Of a stretch of 62,603 bases of DNA, positions 41,799-51,509 are shown piece after piece. The stretch is from an uncultured Lentisphaerota bacterium (GTDB lineage Bacteria; Verrucomicrobiota; Lentisphaeria; Victivallales; GWF2-50-93). Made by a program: the position numbers and the translations under genes. The notes below the pieces were generated by a model, which made no database searches, was not told the DNA's origin, and saw only the letters and a program-made list of their open reading frames with translations. The DNA is taken from positions 1 through 62,603 of the forward strand of contig CAIQLG010000189.1 in assembly GCA_903872565.1 (NCBI GenBank), given 5' to 3'. How positions within the stretch are numbered: position 1 is the stretch's first letter; each line of letters opens with the position of its first letter.

Positions 41799-42127
41799 GA
41801 ATACGACTCACGGTAATCCCGCTTGATGACCTTGATCGGGTCCGCCCTCTGGTTGACGCGCTTCGTAACGCTGTCAACTCTGGAGATATGGACGGCATGG
41901 ACACAGCCACGGAGAAACTGACTACTATTACTGCAACGGGGCATTCGATTGATCTTCCTGAGGAAGAGTGGCGAAGATTTCTGGCCAAAATCAGGGCTAA
42001 GAATCCGGAGTTCCAATCCGACTATCTGCTATCTGGTGGACTTTGCACCGAATATTTTTCAAAAGTAACATCGGAAACAATGGTTCTCCAGCTACCGATT
42101 GATAAGAAGGAGGGCAATTATGTTTGA
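41795..42127 (+). CDS. Hypothetical protein, possible partner or immunity protein
   Basis: ATGA overlap with the upstream nuclease-fold gene. Confidence 0.65.
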   Translation: MRIRLTVIPLDDLDRVRPLVDALRNAVNSGDMDGMDTATEKLTTITATGHSIDLPEEEWRRFLAKIRAKNPEFQSDYLLSGGLCTEYFSKVTSETMVLQLPIDKKEGNYV

Positions 42128-42344
42128 CGATGTCTTCGGAATGACAGGCCAATGTGTGGAAACTTTTCGTAATGGTGTAAAAGACTCTTTCGGCGCCTCC
42201 ATTGTTGCCGATGTGCTTGATCCGATTTGTAATGAAATCGGCTTGCTCCGCTCGTTCAACGAGGAATTTCAACGCCAATCTATGAACATAGAGCGGGTCT
42301 TGCAGGAGGCGCGGTCATTTCATTTCAAGGAGAGGTCTAAGTGA
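42120..42344 (+). CDS. Small helical protein, possibly a divergent WXG100-like protein
   Basis: 74 aa. SD AGGAGG. Overlaps both neighbours. Confidence 0.6.
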   Translation: MFDDVFGMTGQCVETFRNGVKDSFGASIVADVLDPICNEIGLLRSFNEEFQRQSMNIERVLQEARSFHFKERSK

Positions 42345-45300
42345 TGAGCAAGACAAAAGGGCATTTCCAGGATTGCATTGCCAAACTGGTCAGAGTTGTT
42401 GAGAATTATCAGGACGGAATCGCGCTCATAGACCGGGAATTCGACGATGCCTGCGAACAAATTGACCAATCCATTACCAGCATTCGCGGAGAATCTGCGA
42501 AGCGTGACGGGCATTCCCAAAACGAAATTTTGCAGGAAAAAAAACTGCGCCAACAATCAGAAATAATCGAACGCGACATCTCAAAGACCGAAGCTGAAAT
42601 TGCCAGGCTTGACCAGGGAATAGCCGCTGTTGACGCGGCTATCCAAGCAATGAAACAGGAGAAAACGAGCCTTGAACAGCAAATACAAAACCGTTGTCTC
42701 ATAGAGATGATTTACTATATTTTTTGCCAGGACAAGGATAAAGAGAGAAGCGACAGGTTGCAAAACGGTCTTGACAATCGGGCTAAAGAAAAATCAGCTT
42801 TGGAACAAACCAAACGTGAATTCGAATCAACCAGACTGCAAGCGATCTCCAAGAAGAAAAGCCTTCAAACGACATTGGCCGAAATCCGCCAAAAACTAGC
42901 AGCACTTAAAATATCCGCTAAATGTGCGAATGAACAGGAGCGGATTCTCGCAGGCAAGCACACGGAAGCAGAGAGCCGGAGAAAAACGCGGAAAAGCAAT
43001 CTGTTGACATCCCTTTCCCCCGCATGGGAAAGGGCATCAGCTGAAACGGCACAGGGTGTGGCACGGGTTCGCAGGCAACAACCCGCTTTCATTGATTTGC
43101 GCGAGTACAATCCGTGCATTACATTGTCTATGCCAGGCGTTCTCCTCCTTGGTTCGCAACAGGTATCATTCAAAGAACTCCACTGTCTGGTTCCGCATGT
43201 CATTCCGTTTCCATTCGAACATGCTCTTGTTTTGCCTGAGGATAATGCGGCGCAACAGCGCCTGGCGCATCATCTCCTCCTGCGGTTTTTGCAAGCCGTT
43301 CCTCCAGGACGGCTTGAATTAACTTTGGTTGACCCGCTGAAACTGGGGCAGTCTTTTGCTCCGTTTCTCACGCTTTTAAATGTGGAGCAATTGATGCCAC
43401 AGAAGCATGTGCTGACTCGCGCCGACGAAATTGAATCCACGCTCGCTAATTTGACGGATGATACCGAAGACCTGATTCAACACCGATTCAAGGGAAGGAT
43501 TTCCAACTGGACTGAGTTCAACACTGCGAACCCAGACAACCAGTTGCAGTATAAAATTCTCTTGCTTTTCGATGTTCCCGAGCAACTGTCGGACAAAAGT
43601 TTGTGGTATCTCGAACGATTAGCCGAGAACGGACCGCGTTGCGGAATACTGCCCATTATCGCTATTGACAGCCAGCGAATTGAAGACAGGAGGTATGAGA
43701 AGTTTCGCGACTCTCTGAAAAATTCGACTCAACGGCTTGATGCGCTTCTGTATGTCACGGACAAACTTGGAGAAGGGCTCTCAGTGTCATTTCAGGCTGA
43801 GGAGTGGCCACTACGGGAGGTGCTGGACAAATTCCTGTCCGCTCTTGCAGCAAGCTATGCCGAGAAGGGGCGGTTCAGCAAATCGTTGCCAGACCTATGG
43901 AAAGTCTATGCAAAAGGTGCCACGACCATCGGTGGTTTCGACATTCCCATCGGCTGGACGCATCCTGGAGAAATCGTGTCGCTGACGCTTGGTTCGACGA
44001 GCTCCGAACATCACGCTCTCTTAGCAGGAAAGACCGGTTCCGGAAAGTCCAATCTCCTCCATGTCATGATTCATTCTATCTGTGAGAAATACGCACCGAA
44101 TGAGCTTGACCTCTACTTGCTGGACTACAAGGAATCCACGGAGTTTACGGTCTATGCGAACCCACTGCTACCCCACGCACGGCTGGTCGCGACGGAAAGC
44201 GACCCAGAATACGGAGTAACGGTGTTGCATCACCTGGTGGATGAACTCGAAAGCAGGGCAAGGCTCTTCAAATCAGAGGGTGTCCGTGATTTTGCAGAAT
44301 ACCGAAATGTGCGCCGTAACCAATTGCCGCGCGTCCTTTTGGTCATCGATGAGTTTCAGGTCTTGTTCACGGAAGAGCGCCAAATTGCGGAAAGAGCGGA
44401 GAAACTGCTATCGCAACTTCTCAAGCAGGGGCGTTCCTTCGGCATTCATCTCCTCTTGGCGACGCAAACATTGAAAGGCATCAACGCTTTGTCGCTTAGT
44501 TCCCTTATTTCACAGTTGGGCTGTCGCATTGCGCTTGCCTGCGGTCAGGAAGATTCAGCCATGATCCTCAGCGGCAACAACTGGGCGGCATCTGAACTCA
44601 AAAGCCCGCCCGAAGGCATCATCAACAACGCCAACGGCGCGAAGTCAGGCAATATCAAGTTTCTGATTCCACTGGCGAAAAAAGAGTTTTGCGACACTCA
44701 TCTTAGTCAATTGTCGGACCGCGCATTGAAGCGCGGCCTCAAAAGCAAAACGCGGATTTTTGATGGTGCAAATCTGCCGCGCCGTCCGGCATTCAACGGT
44801 TTCAAAGCCATCTGCGGGCGAGCGGATGCACTTCTCTTGGGCGAACGGCTGACCTTCACTGCCGATACGCTATCTATCCCGCTGACCGCGCGCCAAGCCT
44901 TCAATGTGTTATTCAGCGGTTACAATGATTTAATTCACGACGGACTGCTATCTTCGGTCCTCGTCAGTTTGTCATGCACCGAAGCTTTCGATGAAATCGT
45001 CTACTTCAACGGACGGGGAATTTCGCCTCTCGGCGGTTTCACCGATGTTTCATCGGCGTTGGGAGGGCGGTTTAAAGCGTTTGACGATATCGGCGCTTTG
45101 CCGTTGCAGGAAATTGCGGACAATATCGGCAAACGACGCATTGCGCTGATTGTGGATGGTTTGGACGCGGAAAAGACCCTGCATCCCATCCAGACATTCA
45201 AGACACCGAAACCGGGAGAACCACAGATGCCTGCCGACCTTTTGAAACGCATCGCAGATGATGGCTCGCGAAAAGGGACATTCGTCCTCGCTTTTATTGA

Positions 45301-45523
45301 CAACTGGCGACGATGCGCCACTTCCTGCAAAGACCTATTTAACCTCTTCGAGTTGCGAGTGGCATTCTGCATGAACGAGGATGACGCAGGCGCAATGGTT
45401 AGCGGCGGCATTGGCAAATTCAAAGGGATAGAGAAACCCAACCGGGCGGTATTCGTTAACCGTATGACAAATGAAACATATTGGTTCCGGCCATACATTG
45501 TTGAACCAGAGGTGGATGCATGA
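42341..45523 (+). CDS. FtsK/SpoIIIE (EssC/EccC-like) ATPase with N-terminal coiled coil
   Basis: AGKTGSGKS, YLLDYK, VIDEFQ and GRSFGIHLLLATQ, flanked by degenerate P-loop-like domains. Confidence 0.9.
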   Translation: MMSKTKGHFQDCIAKLVRVVENYQDGIALIDREFDDACEQIDQSITSIRGESAKRDGHSQNEILQEKKLRQQSEIIERDISKTEAEIARLDQGIAAVDAAIQAMKQEKTSLEQQIQNRCLIEMIYYIFCQDKDKERSDRLQNGLDNRAKEKSALEQTKREFESTRLQAISKKKSLQTTLAEIRQKLAALKISAKCANEQERILAGKHTEAESRRKTRKSNLLTSLSPAWERASAETAQGVARVRRQQPAFIDLREYNPCITLSMPGVLLLGSQQVSFKELHCLVPHVIPFPFEHALVLPEDNAAQQRLAHHLLLRFLQAVPPGRLELTLVDPLKLGQSFAPFLTLLNVEQLMPQKHVLTRADEIESTLANLTDDTEDLIQHRFKGRISNWTEFNTANPDNQLQYKILLLFDVPEQLSDKSLWYLERLAENGPRCGILPIIAIDSQRIEDRRYEKFRDSLKNSTQRLDALLYVTDKLGEGLSVSFQAEEWPLREVLDKFLSALAASYAEKGRFSKSLPDLWKVYAKGATTIGGFDIPIGWTHPGEIVSLTLGSTSSEHHALLAGKTGSGKSNLLHVMIHSICEKYAPNELDLYLLDYKESTEFTVYANPLLPHARLVATESDPEYGVTVLHHLVDELESRARLFKSEGVRDFAEYRNVRRNQLPRVLLVIDEFQVLFTEERQIAERAEKLLSQLLKQGRSFGIHLLLATQTLKGINALSLSSLISQLGCRIALACGQEDSAMILSGNNWAASELKSPPEGIINNANGAKSGNIKFLIPLAKKEFCDTHLSQLSDRALKRGLKSKTRIFDGANLPRRPAFNGFKAICGRADALLLGERLTFTADTLSIPLTARQAFNVLFSGYNDLIHDGLLSSVLVSLSCTEAFDEIVYFNGRGISPLGGFTDVSSALGGRFKAFDDIGALPLQEIADNIGKRRIALIVDGLDAEKTLHPIQTFKTPKPGEPQMPADLLKRIADDGSRKGTFVLAFIDNWRRCATSCKDLFNLFELRVAFCMNEDDAGAMVSGGIGKFKGIEKPNRAVFVNRMTNETYWFRPYIVEPEVDA

Positions 45524-45987
45524 TTCTTTATCTGATTTGTGATAAATCCGGCAGCATGTCAGAGGGAGGAAAGCACCTTATTCCGCGAGTTGTGGCGCGG
45601 GCAACGGAGCAATATATCCGTCTCGGATATGGATGTGCGGATTTGAAACTGGTCGCATGGGGCAATGAAGCACGGGTTGTCGAGTGGATTCCGGACAAAG
45701 AATTCCCGCCGGAAATGCTGGTTTGTGAAAATGCGGCAAACTCGCAGGCACTAACCACTCTTCTCGGAGAGCAACCCGATGGTAAAGTTTTGCTTGTCAC
45801 AGATGGGTTTTGGTCACAGAATGACGCGAAAGTATTGAAACGTTGGAAGGAAAAGCTTCAACAAGACACGCTCCGTATCATAAAGGTAGGGGCTGATGCC
45901 AATCCGCAACTTAAAGGAAAGGATGTTTTTTCCGCGGAAGATTTGTTTGCTGCGCTGGATGGCTGGGTGGAAGGGGGTGCAAGATGA
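45520..45987 (+). CDS. Short vWA-like protein
   Basis: CDKSGSM, LLVTDG and IKVGADA. Confidence 0.7.
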   Translation: MILYLICDKSGSMSEGGKHLIPRVVARATEQYIRLGYGCADLKLVAWGNEARVVEWIPDKEFPPEMLVCENAANSQALTTLLGEQPDGKVLLVTDGFWSQNDAKVLKRWKEKLQQDTLRIIKVGADANPQLKGKDVFSAEDLFAALDGWVEGGAR

Positions 45988-46703
45988 CCGTCTGGAAGAG
46001 TTTTGGTGCGAGCGTGGTCGGTCCCGCTCATGTCGCCACAGGCAAACCGAACCAGGATGCATGGGCGGCGTTCCATCATGTTTGGAGCGATGGCATCGTC
46101 GTCTCTGACGGTCTCGGCTCAAAACCATTTTCCAACTTCGGGAGTCATGCTGCCTGTCTTGCCGTGGTCAACACCATAAACGCTTGCCGTGGCAAAACCG
46201 AGATATCAAATATTTGCCTGTCAGACCAAATCAAACAAAAATGGCTTTCCATTATTGTCCCGCTTGAGCCTCGCGATTGCGCCGCAACCTGCTTATTCGC
46301 GTTTCGCATTGGCGATAGAATGCTTCGCTTGGGAATGCTTGGCGATGGTCTTGCTGCGGCTGTGAAAAACGATGGTTCAGTCGTCTCGTTGTCCGACGAT
46401 AAAACTGAAAGCTTTTCAAATATCACTGCCGCGCTTTCGCCGAATGTGACTGAGAAAGACTGGCGATGGCTGTCCGTTCCAGAGGATGAGTGCGAGTCAA
46501 TAATCCTCTGCACCGACGGTGTATCTGATGATTTGAATGACACCAACGGTTTCGTAAAGGGATTCGCCGGTGCGCACTGCAAACTTTCCTCGGTATCTGC
46601 TGCTCGTAGAGCCAGAGATATACTGGAAAACTGGCCAACTCCCAAGCACAGCGATGACAAGACCATAGCCTGCCTTTTCCGGGAGAAGGTGGCAGATGAG
46701 TAA
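45984..46703 (+). CDS. PP2C-family Ser/Thr phosphatase (TerY-P triad)
   Basis: SVVG..H, NQDA, VSDGLGS, LCTDGVSD and SDDKT. Confidence 0.92.
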   Translation: MTVWKSFGASVVGPAHVATGKPNQDAWAAFHHVWSDGIVVSDGLGSKPFSNFGSHAACLAVVNTINACRGKTEISNICLSDQIKQKWLSIIVPLEPRDCAATCLFAFRIGDRMLRLGMLGDGLAAAVKNDGSVVSLSDDKTESFSNITAALSPNVTEKDWRWLSVPEDECESIILCTDGVSDDLNDTNGFVKGFAGAHCKLSSVSAARRARDILENWPTPKHSDDKTIACLFREKVADE

Positions 46704-48072
46704 TCCCGACAAAATGTCTAAAAACAACACAACCGCATCCCAGAAGTCACTCGCTGATGAATACGGCAACTTGCATTGTCGCGCCGATAAACTCGCCAGT
46801 GGCGGACAAGGCGTCGTCTTTCGTACTACGGATATTGACTTGGCGATCAAGCAACCACTCGACGCATCTGGATCCCCGGATAAGAATGCCAATCTGCGTG
46901 ACCGTTTCCAGAATATCCGCCTCCTGCCATTGCCGCCGCGCATTCCGATTTCCCTGCCGCTCGCCATCCTGCGCGACGAACCAGGCTATGTGATGCGCCT
47001 CTTGAACGGCATGAAATCGTTCGAGGTTTTCGAAATGAACGGCACAACTAAGAAGGCACTCAGGGAAGCGGTGGCGGCAAAAAAGCAGGAACTCCCCAAA
47101 TGGCTCGCGGTGATACCCGACAAGGACATAGCGTTGCGGCTTTTCCATTATGCCAATACCGGTTCGACCCGTCGTCGCCTGTTTGCTCTCTCTAAATGCG
47201 CCTCCATTCTCGCCCGCCTCCACAGCGCCGGGCTGGTCTATGGCGACATTTCACCGAACAATGTGTTCGTCGGCGATGGCGATTCCCGCGAGGTCTGGTT
47301 GATTGATGCCGACAACCTGCGCTTTGAAATGGCCGAAGGCGGAAACTCTGTCCATACGCCGCATTACGGCGCACCAGAAATCGTTCAGCGACGCGACCAA
47401 TCCCGTCCGCGCACAGATTGCTGGGCGTTCGCAGTGATGGCTTTCGGAATGCTCGCGCTCTGTCATCCATTCATTGGGAAAAAGGTGCTGGAACCCGATA
47501 ATGACGAAGGCGGATGGGATGCCGAACCGGCCTCGGACGGTGCGCCAACCGATTTGGACGAACAGGCATACGCCGGCTACCTCCCGTTCATAGATGACGA
47601 AGACGACGATACCAATGCCGCCGTTTCAGGCCTGCCACGCGAACTCGTAGCAACGCCGGGGCTTCGCCGTCTCTTTCAGGAAACCTTTGGAGCGGGAAGG
47701 ACACAAGCACACCGTCGCCCTTCGATGTTCTTTTGGGCAATCGAATTGGCGCGTACATTTGATCAATCGTTGCTTTGTGCCGAATGCAAGATGAGTTATT
47801 TTGCAGAGAACAATCAGAAATGCCCGTATTGCGATGCCCCGCGTTCTGCGTTCATCCGTGCAAAGACAGCCCGTTGGGATCTGCTGCTGCCTGCAAACAC
47901 CACTGAGTTCGCCTTGCCCCGCCGCCTTTTCTTCCCGTTTTCAGTCGAACATAATGATGACACGGAATACGAGGCGAATTTGAACTTCGCCAAGAAGACC
48001 GCGATACCCGTCCGAGGAGAGCGCCAGTTCCCTGATGGCTTAACCTTTGACTTTGTTGAGGCGATAAAATGA
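46696..48072 (+). CDS. Ser/Thr protein kinase with C-terminal Zn ribbon (TerY-P triad)
   Basis: SGGQGVV, AIK, YGDISPNN, IDADN and GAPE. CAEC...CPYC. Confidence 0.92.
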   Translation: MSNPDKMSKNNTTASQKSLADEYGNLHCRADKLASGGQGVVFRTTDIDLAIKQPLDASGSPDKNANLRDRFQNIRLLPLPPRIPISLPLAILRDEPGYVMRLLNGMKSFEVFEMNGTTKKALREAVAAKKQELPKWLAVIPDKDIALRLFHYANTGSTRRRLFALSKCASILARLHSAGLVYGDISPNNVFVGDGDSREVWLIDADNLRFEMAEGGNSVHTPHYGAPEIVQRRDQSRPRTDCWAFAVMAFGMLALCHPFIGKKVLEPDNDEGGWDAEPASDGAPTDLDEQAYAGYLPFIDDEDDDTNAAVSGLPRELVATPGLRRLFQETFGAGRTQAHRRPSMFFWAIELARTFDQSLLCAECKMSYFAENNQKCPYCDAPRSAFIRAKTARWDLLLPANTTEFALPRRLFFPFSVEHNDDTEYEANLNFAKKTAIPVRGERQFPDGLTFDFVEAIK

Positions 48073-51000
48073 AATTTGAAGACATTCCCGCTGAAATCAT
48101 AAATATCCGTGTCAAGGCCACGGATGCCTCCATTCAAGAATTGAAGGAACAAACCGTTATGTCGGTCTCAGCTTGCTTAACCCGCCCAGGCGAGTTTGAA
48201 ATCAGACTCAAGGATTCCGTCATTTTCGTCAAACCGACCGTTGATGCAGATATCCGTCGCCTTGCCAACGAACTCGCCAGCGGGCGTGCCATGCTTGCAC
48301 AACTTGCAAACACCGCAAAGGACTGCAGCATCGAATTGCAAATCGCCTTCTTCACAGGTGAATGCCTGGAAATGGGCGACATCGAAATCGGCGTGGATGA
48401 GTATGTAGAGCAGATCTTTCAGAAAATCAACAGCAAAAAACTCTCTGGGGAAAAACTCTACGGTGCCATCGAAAAATGTTGCTGTTATGTCAATGCAGGT
48501 CAACCGTTCTTTTTTATCATCGCCGGTCCAGCGATTGAAAGAGATTTGAAATTGGAATCGGAAAAAAAATCAGAAGAGGAACCAGATGAGAGTGGTGATG
48601 TTGAAGAAGTTGAAGTATCGGACGTTGAAACATCTTCGCCAATTATGGAAGTAACCTTACTAAAAGCCGAACCAACCCACAACAATTCGTTCTGCATCAG
48701 GGGCGATAAAATTCGCTTTGTTGCCACCGAAACCCAATTGCCTGATGGAAAGTCCGTTTACATCGCCACGCGTCTGACTAATACTAAAAACGAACCGGAC
48801 CGCGCATTACGTATCGCCAAAGGAAAACTGAAATTTGTCGACTGGACGCAGACGGGGCAGATTCAGATTCTTACCAAGGCGCAGATGACCGCACTCACCC
48901 AGGAAGCCGGGAGTTATTTGAAAAAATGGGACGAGTTCGGCGACATTGAAGGTGATCTCTTGCTCGAACACGCCCGGGAAATCGGGGCATTGCAGTATTC
49001 AGACATGAAACACAACCGTGACGGTACGGTTACGGTTCGTATCACCGAAGCATCGGACACCGCATTAAAAGCCCTATCTGTAGGCGGTGTTGAAGAGGTT
49101 GAGCTTATCAATGATTTACCGGAATATCTTAAAAATCCTGATTTGGCCTTCAAAGAATTTGTCGGTGGCATCGAAAAACAAACGGAGGACGAAGCCTTCT
49201 TCGAAAAACGAAAGAAAGAGCGAAAAGAATCGGATCTGTATTTCAAAGTTTCCGATTTTGACGCTGATTCAATGTCGCTCACGATTGAAACGGAGAATCT
49301 AACTCAATCGTCTGGAACTCTCATCCTCTCGCTGGCGGGCGAAATTGCGCAAATCAAGCGACGGATGATTGCGCGCAAGGCGATTCTTGAAGGTCGCTCC
49401 GCAAACCCGCAGATTGGATTGCTGATTGAAGAAAATGACCAAATCTCGCAAACCCGACCACCCCACAAAATCAAAGCACTTACCGCCTTTGTTCGCAACA
49501 AAGTTTTCAGAAATCAGCCAACTATAATGCAGGAAAAGGCGATTGAAGTCGCGTTGAACACGCCCGATATAGCACTCATCCAAGGTCCGCCAGGCACCGG
49601 CAAGACCACCGTCATCGCGGCAATTCTCGAGCGACTTAATGAGGAGGCAGACAAGCGTGGCGCAAATATCAGGGGCGTGGTTCTTCTGACCGGATTCCAG
49701 CACGATGCTGTCGAGAATATGATTGACCGTATTTCTCTCAATAGCATTCCTGTTCCCAAGTTTGGCAAACGCTCCGGTGCTGATGAAGAAGATTCAAATG
49801 CTTTTGAAAAGAATCTCCAAGAGTGGTGCGCTAAAATCTACACAGAACTTCGCAGTAAAAATCTGCAAATCATGGAAATAGAGAAGGAAACTGAAATCAA
49901 GAACCTCTGCCTGCAATACATCCAGACGCCGACGCGGACACTGGCGACGAATCTCGCTAATAAAATAGCCAATCTCGGCGTCAATATACTCGGAGAGGAT
50001 TCTTCGCGCCGCGCCTCAAATCTCGCGAAAAAACTTACCATCGAAGAAAAACTCAATGCTGAATCAAATTCATTGCTGGATGCGGTGCGCCGTTTGCGCA
50101 TCAGACCTGAAAGTTTTGCTGATGACGGAACGGAACGGGCGACCGATGTGCTGGATGATTTGAAAGACATCCTTGAAGAGAACGAACGCGACTTGTTGGA
50201 CGAAGCAAGCCTGTGGCTTATAGAGGACGGCCTTCCACCATTTTTAAACGATTTGGCGGTGCTGAAAAAGAAACTCCTCATCCGTTTTACAGCTCCACCC
50301 ATGTTCCGGGTGGAAAAGCAAAGCGATGAAGTTATCGCGATGGCCGAGGAGGCTATCAAGAGAATTAAAGCTGCCGGACTCTCTGCGACTGACGCGAAAT
50401 CCGCCGCACTTGCTGAGTTCCTAGCTGAACTAGAAAACAATCCCCATGGGATGATAGACGCGGTATCAGATTACAGTTTTGCTTTCGCCGCCACCTGTCA
50501 GCAGAGTGTCAACAAGCAGATGCAAAAACAAAAGGGCATTACAGGAAACAACCCGGAGCAGAAGTTGGAATACGAATTCGTGATTGTGGATGAAGCCGCC
50601 CGTGTCTCTCCACGCGATCTCATGATTCCGATGGCTCAGGGCAAGCGGATTATCCTTGTCGGCGACCACCGCCAGTTACCGCATATTATTGAGGAGGAAG
50701 TCGCCCGCAGGATGGAAGAGGGAGAGTTGGGGGCGGAAGAATCCGACTGGATTAAAAAGTCAATGTTCGAGTATCTTTTCTCTGAACGGTTGAAGGCTTT
50801 GGAGCAGAAAGACAAGATCCTACGCCATGTCACACTCGACACGCAATACCGCATGCACCCCCTTCTTGGCGACTTCATCAGCCGCAACTTCTACGAACGC
50901 TTCGACCCGTTGGAGAAATTTGGATCGGGTCGTACAGAAAGTGATTTCAAACATAACTTGCCAGACACAGAAAACAAATCCGCCATTTGGCTGGATGTTC

Positions 51001-51509
51001 CTGCCTCGAAAGGCAAGCATGACCGCAGCGGAACCAGTTGGATACGTCGTGCTGAGGCAGCCGCAATCGCCAGGCAGCTAAAAGACTGGATGAAATCAAA
51101 GGAAGGTGAAAGCCTATCTTTCGGTGTGATTTCGTTCTATAAGGCGCAAGCAGAACTTATCAAAAAGCAACTCTGGAAAATTACGGATGACGACAGGAAG
51201 CTTCGCATCGGCACCGTGGACTCTTTCCAAGGCATGGAGTTCGATGTTGTCTTTCTCTCTATGGTCAGGACAATACGTCAAAACTGGAAACAGCGTACCG
51301 ATGATGAGGAGAAACAAGCGCGAAGCCTCTTCGGCCACCTCTGCCTCTGCAACCGCCTGAATGTCTCCATGAGTCGACAGAAAAAACTGCTGGTGGTGGC
51401 AGGGGATTCAGGATTGCTTCAAAGCGACCTCGCTGAGAAGTTCATCCCGGGTTTGGTTGATTTCTACAAGCTTTGCCAAAGTAAAGGGAGGGTATTGTCA
51501 TGCCAATGA
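48069..51509 (+). CDS. SF1 UPF1/DNA2-like helicase (CoCoNuT CnuH-like)
   Basis: QGPPGTGKT, VDEAA, VGDHRQL, QYRMHP, TVDSFQG and NRLNVSMSR. Confidence 0.9.
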   Translation: MKFEDIPAEIINIRVKATDASIQELKEQTVMSVSACLTRPGEFEIRLKDSVIFVKPTVDADIRRLANELASGRAMLAQLANTAKDCSIELQIAFFTGECLEMGDIEIGVDEYVEQIFQKINSKKLSGEKLYGAIEKCCCYVNAGQPFFFIIAGPAIERDLKLESEKKSEEEPDESGDVEEVEVSDVETSSPIMEVTLLKAEPTHNNSFCIRGDKIRFVATETQLPDGKSVYIATRLTNTKNEPDRALRIAKGKLKFVDWTQTGQIQILTKAQMTALTQEAGSYLKKWDEFGDIEGDLLLEHAREIGALQYSDMKHNRDGTVTVRITEASDTALKALSVGGVEEVELINDLPEYLKNPDLAFKEFVGGIEKQTEDEAFFEKRKKERKESDLYFKVSDFDADSMSLTIETENLTQSSGTLILSLAGEIAQIKRRMIARKAILEGRSANPQIGLLIEENDQISQTRPPHKIKALTAFVRNKVFRNQPTIMQEKAIEVALNTPDIALIQGPPGTGKTTVIAAILERLNEEADKRGANIRGVVLLTGFQHDAVENMIDRISLNSIPVPKFGKRSGADEEDSNAFEKNLQEWCAKIYTELRSKNLQIMEIEKETEIKNLCLQYIQTPTRTLATNLANKIANLGVNILGEDSSRRASNLAKKLTIEEKLNAESNSLLDAVRRLRIRPESFADDGTERATDVLDDLKDILEENERDLLDEASLWLIEDGLPPFLNDLAVLKKKLLIRFTAPPMFRVEKQSDEVIAMAEEAIKRIKAAGLSATDAKSAALAEFLAELENNPHGMIDAVSDYSFAFAATCQQSVNKQMQKQKGITGNNPEQKLEYEFVIVDEAARVSPRDLMIPMAQGKRIILVGDHRQLPHIIEEEVARRMEEGELGAEESDWIKKSMFEYLFSERLKALEQKDKILRHVTLDTQYRMHPLLGDFISRNFYERFDPLEKFGSGRTESDFKHNLPDTENKSAIWLDVPASKGKHDRSGTSWIRRAEAAAIARQLKDWMKSKEGESLSFGVISFYKAQAELIKKQLWKITDDDRKLRIGTVDSFQGMEFDVVFLSMVRTIRQNWKQRTDDEEKQARSLFGHLCLCNRLNVSMSRQKKLLVVAGDSGLLQSDLAEKFIPGLVDFYKLCQSKGRVLSCQ

